64,000 nucleotides of DNA from Lytechinus pictus (Eukaryota). The stretch spans positions 372,001 to 436,000 of the forward strand of contig NC_087246.1 in assembly GCF_037042905.1 (NCBI RefSeq), in the 5' to 3' direction. The position numbers and the translations under genes were made by a program. The notes beneath the pieces were generated by a model. It had not been told where the DNA came from. It searched no databases and saw only the letters and a list, made by a program, of their open reading frames with translations. Below are positions 55,987-64,000 of this stretch, piece after piece (the stretch's first letter is position 1; every line of letters begins with the position of its first letter).

Positions 55987-58555
55987 CCTCACGCGCGCAC
56001 ATACACCCTCTCCCACACTTCCATTCTAACCTTCATCGCAACATATGCACCTGAAACCATGTGATAGTATGTATGGTGACATATCGGCCTAGCTTTGTAT
56101 CTCAGCTTGAATCCATGTAACCTGATACCAGATGTGTAACATTCAAGGATCATACAGCAAGATACAGGTGAGACAAACGATCACACCTTTGACATTTGAG
56201 AATTTGTAAAATATGTTGTTCTGTTTTAGGGATAGTATCGGTACTTTCAAAACAACACAAATACATGTTTCTCCTCTTACAATTACATTTTGATGTCAAA
56301 CTGTGATATCCTGTATGCGATGAGAGGGAATTTATTCCAAAGAAAAATATAACTGTCAGAGTTCACTATCTAACGGTCATTTATACAGTTATACCCGTGT
56401 TTACAGAAATCATCAATATGCAGTAATCCAAACTAATTGGATGATTATTATTTTTAATAATAATCATCATAGCTTCGGAATTAAATTTTCCCCATTTTAT
56501 TCAAAACAAACATGACAGAGCCTGTCAAGTGTGTGTGTGTGTGTGTTGTTCATTTCCAAGAAGCTTAAAAATAAAACGGATTTTTTAAGTTGAAGTAATT
56601 ACAATATATCATAGAATTCGTATATTGTTTATAAGTGCTTTGATTTTCGTTTAATTCAAGGTGCTACTCGCACACACCAATACACCTAAACACGAGTATA
56701 CCCACCCTCGGACACAAGCTCGATGCTTTCTTTGTTGATTGGATATTATATTTGTTTCTGTCTTTGTCAATATATTGTTAATATTATTATTCATCGTCAT
56801 TTTGTAAATGAACGATGTCGCAGCTACACTAATAAAAGCGATTTCCAACTGACCACGAGTAAGCCATTGAAATCACGTTATAGAAATGATCGGTCTGTAG
56901 TTGGTTTGTCAGTGTAACGAGGGTATTACACCCAATATAGTAGCTTCATCGTTTATGACTTAAGTGAGGATGAGTGCAATGTACTCTATTCTCTCAGGTT
57001 TATCTCCTTGGTGAATACAATCGTTCAGGTTTAGGGAAGACAACGCCCATGGCAACCAACTAATAAAGATGGGTTAGTTTCTATCAACAGACAAGGGACC
57101 AGAATTATATTGAATATTGATATCACTGAAAGGAAGACAATTATGTAGTTATTAAAATGAAATCACTTCTTACGAGCGATGCGGGATTCACTCGAGTTGG
57201 TTTTACTTTTCTCTGTCAAGCTCTATTATTGGTAATGTTTCCATGATATCCATCGGGGGCTAGTTTGTACATGATACAAGGTCAAGGATTTTAAGAGTTA
57301 GCTTGTAGATAGATTGTTTGCCATAAATAGTGTTTTAACTTAATTCCTTCCTTCCTTTTTTTCTTTTCAGAGCACGCTCGCCCCACCCCTCTTTCTCTCT
57401 CTATATATATATCTTTCTTGTGATACTTTCTTTCTGACCTAGGCAAAATTCTGCCTATTCATAAGTGTGGCTCTTTGGACACCTATCTGAGATATTCTTT
57501 AAAATCTATTTGGAATAAACTTAATATGTTTGTTGTTTGCTTTAATAGCAAAATAATAATTCAATTTCGACTGTTCCTAGACTGCATTGATAGAAGCGTT
57601 TCCTTATTGCTTACCGAAGAACTTACCTTACGGCAGGTACGTTTGACCCTTGGTACGTCATCGATCACGTGATAAGGTCAGATGTCATCGCTGAGATCAA
57701 AGTGTTTGCCGAGGGGAGTCCTAATCGTTGACGATCAGAGAGAGAGAGAAAGAGAGAAAGAGAGTGATAGTATTGACATCTTATTGGTACTATTTCTGAC
57801 TGAAGGCAATGAGAGTTTCAACCAGTAAAACACAGAGGTACTCGGTACTTGAATCAACATACAATATGATTGACATACGATTGTTTTGAATATATATTTT
57901 GTTTAATTTTATTTTAATCTGCTTTCTTTTATATTTCTTGTTTTATTATGTATTGTGGTAACCCAAACGATATGTTTAATGGTGCAAGTTTATTTGTTAA
58001 CTTTCTTTCCTTTTACAACAGAATCTTAACAGAAAGAAAAATGCCTTGACAAAAATTCTTCTTTTCCTATCATGCAAATGAATAAAGAAAGGGGGATAAC
58101 CCCAATGTGGTCATGGTTACCGCAATAATCTTTCACGTAGGATATTATCTAAATCTACATTTTAGCATTAAAAAAACAAGAAAAAAATCATTTTTTATTT
58201 TTGTGATCTTGAATCTGATAGGATTTTGTCAATAATACTGTGTTCTGATTTGATTTGGAGTTGATTCCGTATTTGCCTGTTACACGTTATGTTTTCTTGA
58301 CCAATAAAGCTCATGCAAAACGCTAAGTACAAAAAAATTATTCTGAGAAACCACTAACTTTTGTGGCCAAATGACACGTACTGAACTGCTAAAAGGGAGA
58401 ATATAAGACTGATTGGATCAATTTAGGTCACTACCCTTGTCTAAATCGAACAAATTCCGTGACCAATACCAATAAAAATGGACACCACCAATTCTTGACC
58501 TAATGTCAATTGTGTGTGGTGTCCGGAAGTATGTGTGTGCTAAAAATAATGACGT

Positions 58556-58772
58556 TTTATTTACCCAGGGTAGCCACTTTAGTTAGGAAACTGCTCTACC
58601 AGCATGACCAGCGGGCCCTGCATAACATATTATTACCCTTCTCCAATCTAAATGCTGAGCGCCTAGCAAGAAGACAGAAGGTCCCATTTTTATAAGTCTT
58701 TGGTATGACTTGGCCGAGGATCAAACCCACGACCTGCTGTTTATTACGCGGACGCTCTACCACTGATCCACC
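58556..58772 (-). mobile_element. tRNA-derived SINE (MetaSINE-like central domain)
   Basis: Minus strand has A-box-like tggatcagtggtagagc and B-box-like ggtttgatcc. Body gtcataccaaagacttataaaaatgggacc...ggcgctcagcat, tail ctaccctgggtaaataaa. A similar decayed tail lies at ~50565-50630. Confidence 0.8.
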
Positions 58773-59368
58773 AATCTTAACTTTAATCTAAATGATACCA
58801 GAATGAATACAATTATACCAAGAATACACTGGGTTTGTTTACAACATTTCGTCTTCTTATCCACCTCGGGGGACCTCTTCTATGGTTGCTAAAACTATGT
58901 GATCAAGATGGTGGTTCAGCTTGTTGATCAGAAGTCACATCTTACCTAAGCCTTAAGGCTATCAGATTCCAGTCACGGTTTCCTTGAATTACATGGATAA
59001 AGGAAAACCCTTTATGACTTGGATAGCACGTTTTAGAATACTGTCCTGCAATGGTATATGGAAATTAACTAATCCATTACTAATATCAATGAGAAGTAGA
59101 AATACTTACAAATATTATCATTTCCCTTTTTTAAGTCTGGTTGAAGTTTTGGTAAAGTTTCAAGAGTGAAAATTAAACTAATGTATTCAAATATTACAAG
59201 TGGAATGGCAGTCATGTCGTCTTTTATCGATATTAACTCTTTTTGAGAAAAAAATTGAGATTTTTACATTTTCTCAATTAAGGCCCTACGAACAGTAATC
59301 TCAAGAATGCACGAATGGTAAATCCTATAGTTGCATGCTTAGTGGTTTCGCACAAAATAATAATAACA

Positions 59369-59579
59369 CACTGCAAAAACTCCGGTGTTGATTTACCACC
59401 GGCCCGGAATCTATATATCCACACCATAGAAGTATTGAAACAATACTACTTGGAATCAAACTATTTATGTTTTAATACTAATTGGTGTTGTATAAACACC
59501 TATTTGGTGTTAGACCAAAACCAAACTGGTGTTGTTTAAGACTTCTCTGCAGGCAATTAACACCGGTGTTTTTGCAGAG
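59369..59579. mobile_element. Short MITE with CACTG termini (EnSpm/CACTA-like)
   Basis: TIRs cactgcaaaaactccggtgttgatt / aattaacaccggtgtttttgcagag, with internal ggtgtt/aacacc repeats. Confidence 0.7.
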
Positions 59580-59730
59580 CGCGTGTTTCACTTCAGACAT
59601 CTTCATTTCACATTTTCATTCGAGCATCATATTTTAGATAAGGTCTTTGAAGCATGATGATTTATGAAATAACCATTCATTTTATCTGAAAATGAATTTA
59701 ATGAAATAAAACTTTGAAAATAAGGACAAA

Positions 59731-59991
59731 GGCCAGTATTCTAAACTCGGGTTTAAATTAAATCCTGGTTTGAAGTTGTCGTTCAAATACGGAGAGCCAA
59801 TTGGGGCACAAATCTCTATTAGTACATGTTCAATTTATTAATTCTTATGACTCTCCAATCATTTTCAACTTTCTCAGAATGATAACTGAAATATTCTTTT
59901 CATTACGAAAGCAAAGGGAAACAAAGTAGTAAATAAATAAAAATACAATATAAGCAGAATTTTTGGCTCCCCATAATTCAGAATACTGGCC
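59731..59991. mobile_element. Short MITE (possibly Harbinger-type)
   Basis: TIRs ggccagtattctaaa / ttcagaatactggcc. TSD not clear. Confidence 0.6.
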
Positions 59992-61972
59992 GAAGAGTCT
60001 TGCACTGGATTTAAGTGATTTCTTATCAGTCGTATTACATGAAAAACACAAAGACAATGAAAGACTACACTCGGTTGTTCGACATCTACCCCTGATAACA
60101 TAAAGTGAATGTTTATTAATTCATTGTAATTACCACACGTCCTATATACAGTAGTTAAGTACGGTAAATCGACTACAAAGATATAAGCTTATTATTTTCT
60201 CTTCGATTATAAGACTTTGGTTTAGACGTTTCAATGATATTGTGATAAAGGTAGGAGTGGACTAGAATGTTTTATAATTATGACTCTTGCTGAAGTTATT
60301 TATGGTTTTATGTACACATAAACCTTTGAAGTCTAAATGTGAAGCTAAAGATTTTCCTGACGCTTTAACCAATAAGTTATCTACCAATAAGGTCAATATA
60401 TTCTAAATCATTTCATTCTAGTTTTAGGTAAAAATGTGTTTTGTAAAAAGGAATATTGATCAACATCAAGATATTAAAACTTTGCAATGTTTAAAAATAT
60501 ATTTCCGAGCAGTCATAATCATGACAGCAGAAGCAAAGTATCAGCTGTGATTCTATCTAGAATCATATTATAATCCTGATCATTCTGATCTATGTTCATG
60601 ATGGTTTAGAGTGTTGATGGTGGTGTTTATTCTTTATCATTAGAATCAGGCAGATCATTAGACATGTAAGATCAATATTCCTGTCACAAACTCGCTCTAG
60701 ACTCTCAAATTTGTGAGTTGTTTATTACAGTATTTTATACAAAAAATAACGACCAGTCATAATTCTCTATCATCAGTTATGAAATCGACGCTGTCGGCCT
60801 TGTGTGGTTAGCAGGCATTATGGTCTGGTCTCTGTAATGGTATACCTAATTATAAAGTTGTACGTGTAAACGACTTCATGGATCGGTTAATGCATATGAT
60901 GTCTGAAGCACCAACATTTCATAAGGATGGTGAGTGGATGGAGGAAGAGAGGGAGGAGAGATCAGCAACTAGGTTTTAGATTTGATGAGCAAGAAACTGT
61001 ACACTATTCACAAAAAGGGATGTTATGATAGAAATCGAATCATGAGATGGAAAGATACATGATTAAACTAACAACCCTAGCTCACAACATCTAGAATTAC
61101 ACACTCCTCGGGTTTTCCTATCATTTAATGTGATGGAGCTTAGATGTTTCTCTACCACTGAATTTGAGTTACTTTAATCTCAGAGATTGATTTTACTTCC
61201 AGATATTAACGCCCCCTTGTAACCCTCTTACATCCACCAAGCACTCAAAAACTCGCGAGTGCTAACCCTTTGGCATGTGTTATAACGAATTAATCCATTA
61301 ACGCACGCGTTCTATCCCGCGGTGACTATAATTCCGGTCACTTACACTCAGTAAGAGGACTTTGAAAAAGGAAAGAAAAAACAAACATTTAAAGTTGTTG
61401 ATTTTTCAGCAAGGTACTTGTACCGTGATACTTCCCGTGTTTTTTAAGTAATGTAAGATAGATTCACAAACCTTGAAATAAGTACCTCCTTCGGATTTTT
61501 TCCTCGTAGGAAGGTGAGATTGTAATTCCCCAGACAAGTCTGAAGTCACGATCATATCTTTTGCTTAAGGGTGTATACATGTCGTGCGTCAAGCGTGTTA
61601 CGCCAAAAAACCCTAATTTATTCCACCAATTGAAGGACAGTAGTTTTATATAAACCTTGCCGCTCTCCGCGAATTCTTTTTCACATCCATGACATCTAAC
61701 GGCAAATGAAAGACAAGAGAATGCTTTTCTTTCGTTTTCCGTTGGTGGTTTCATTATTACCATTTCATTCAATTTTAATCTCATCAATTCCATGGCGTAG
61801 AAGGTCAATGACATTGATATGAAAATAACAAGATATTTGGCATGCTCAGAAAAAAGTCTTTCGAAACTCATATGCGTATGGAAATTCTACTTACCCATGT
61901 GCCCAAAGTTTTACAGTTTTCATGCAAATGTAATAAAGCAAAGAAATAAATGTGTGTTATTTTTATGCTTCA

Positions 61973-62474
61973 AAGGTAATCAAACCAAAATTGTATGTTG
62001 TTTTTAGAAGAAAATCAGACAAGAGTGTAGGTGAAAGTTTATCTGACAAAAGAAGGTTATGAATTTTTCAAAATGTCATAGCGATGAAAGGCAAGGACCA
62101 CTCTTCAAATACATAAAACATGGCTAAAATGTCATAATTTTTGTTTTAAGTTCAACTTCAAAGTACATTTTTATTTCATGAGGATATAAAAAAAATATGC
62201 TACATGTGTTATATTTTGATTACTGCCCCGGCGGAATAGGTAATAGAAAACCAAATCCCTAATAATTAAGTACATGGCCTATGGGAAAATTGTCCACACC
62301 ACTTGTCATAATTTACGTACCCAGTTGCCAGTTTGTGTCTATAGGAATGTCAATTTGAAAACAGCCATTACTTTATCAATGCTTGTCCGATTTCTTTTAA
62401 ACTTTAATCATTCTGCGTTACTTATTTTCCTCCTTTCTCAAACAAAAATTAATGACCATAGTTGGATTACCCTT
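61973..62474. mobile_element. Decayed AGG-terminus MITE
   Basis: Ends aggtaatcaaac / gttggattaccct and degenerate inverted arms resembling the other TTAA-AGG MITEs. TTAA flanks are not intact. Confidence 0.5.
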
Positions 62475-64000
62475 CACAGGGCAATCTCCTGTGAGTAGAA
62501 TGACATGAATGATGCATGGACCTATATACAGCATCAAGATTAGAAATTCATGATAGTCCTCCAAATACTACTAACATGATCAAGAAAGTTTTTTGCAGAG
62601 GCTGAGATCTTTTCCCAAGTAACATGAAATAAAAAGCAATTTCAGGTATATCTCCTCCATGTTCGAAACCTTTTAAATCTCACCCTGTGCAATATGAATT
62701 TGAAGATATGTTGATATATTCTTTCTAAATTCATTACTTGAGGATGAGACTTAGTTTTAGAGGGATTTACTTTTTCCGGATTTATTTTAACTAACCCCAA
62801 CCCCTTCCCATGTTTCTTCCATTTTAAAATCATGATAATCCCAAATCCAAATTGAAGTAGAAAAGGTCTTAAGCATTTTCATTACTTTATTATTTTAGTG
62901 CAACTACAAAGGCTCACGACGTGTGTGTTGTAGATTGCTGCTACCTTCTTTTCATGTGAGCGATTTATTATCAAAGCCTTTAAAAGTAAGTCTTGAACAT
63001 AAAAATATGAACAAACTTTCAGAATAATTTCCTTCTCTTATACTTTCAATGTAAATTTATTATAAAAGATTTCCATTAATGTTTCAGGAACTTTAAAATC
63101 TTAAAGAAAATCACACGCTTAGGCAAATTCCACATTTGAGAGTAGAAATGGATTAGATGTGTCTTACCATTTCACTGAAGGATTAAAGCCAAGTCTTTTG
63201 CAGTTTTCATTTTATTCCAAACTGAGAACATTAAATCTAAGCCTTTGAAAGTAAGACTGAAACGTATTATATGAAACGATGGTGGAAAAATAATTACTTT
63301 TAGATGTCTGGTTTCTATGGCAACTAGTCCTATATCATTTACGACATATACAAATCTCCATTATCTAGCCTACATTCATGTAAAAATAATTCGAAAATGA
63401 TATCGGCAATATTTTTTTATTCAAATCACATTATCCTGATTATCAGATTTCATTTGAATTGCTAACAATGTTAATCGAGATTGAAAAGCTGCGCGTAGAC
63501 ATGCTGAGAAATCGGAATCTTAAAATAAAATTTCGATCATATCAAACATTTTGTTGATTTTTTTTTACAAAAATGAATAAATTTCGTGATCTTTTTGTTA
63601 ATTTGTTGACTTTGGGTAACATTGGAACTGAAATTTTCACCATGGAATAAGCGGATCCATGCATAGGCGCGATAGAGTAGTATAGGGGGTGTCCGCCACC
63701 TTTCCCCACCCCATCATAATTGATTAAGAAGTTTAAGTTCTGATAAAAACACATTTCACTGTTTGTGCGTGACCATTGAAACAAACAAAACATGTGGAAA
63801 ATACGCGCATGGTGCAGTATAAGATATGGCTATTATCATACGTGTTTATACGTGTTTTTGTGTTTATATAGTTATAAAGGAGGTAAACGTTTCCAGAAGA
63901 AAATAATTATATGAAACTATCTCAATTCGACTTAACCTATTAATTGTAGATCTGCACGTTTGTTCATGAAGAGTGTCCCATGCACCCCTCATTCTTAACA

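Noticed and set aside
58690..58772. tRNA gene
   Set aside because: Degenerate boxes with no full cloverleaf, continuing into a SINE body and tail.
61464..61871. 135-aa ORF on the minus strand
   Set aside because: No recognisable domain and no supporting splice structure. It cannot be called without a homology search.

Overview
AT-rich eukaryotic (animal) genomic DNA, most likely an echinoderm such as a sea urchin (inferred from the protein and repeat families, not proven). The only protein-coding gene I can support is a LIM-homeobox gene of the Lhx1/5 (Lim1) class on the minus strand. Three coding exons splice in frame with GT-AG sites: 39331-39159 (LIM1), 26004-25805 (LIM2) and 465-5 (linker plus homeodomain up to ...NMRVIQ). 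The introns are about 13.2 kb and 25.3 kb, and the gene runs off the left edge. The remaining ~24 kb upstream has no recognisable gene. The non-coding space holds TTAA/AGG (Kolobok/T2-type) MITEs, other MITEs, tRNA-derived SINE pieces, a decayed LINE and microsatellites. Three things stand out: (i) a 21-unit, 56-bp tandem array in intron 2 interrupted by two different non-autonomous transposons, a TAA-flanked Harbinger-like element with a duplicated arm and a Helentron/HINE-like element carrying ~163-bp repeats with perfect DR1 motifs; (ii) a microsatellite-embedded, inverted-repeat-bounded element containing a minimal type I hammerhead ribozyme motif at 52388-52426; (iii) twin hairpins in intron 1. 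I see no prokaryotic-type system (no CRISPR, no operon). Most ORFs in the supplied track are spurious.
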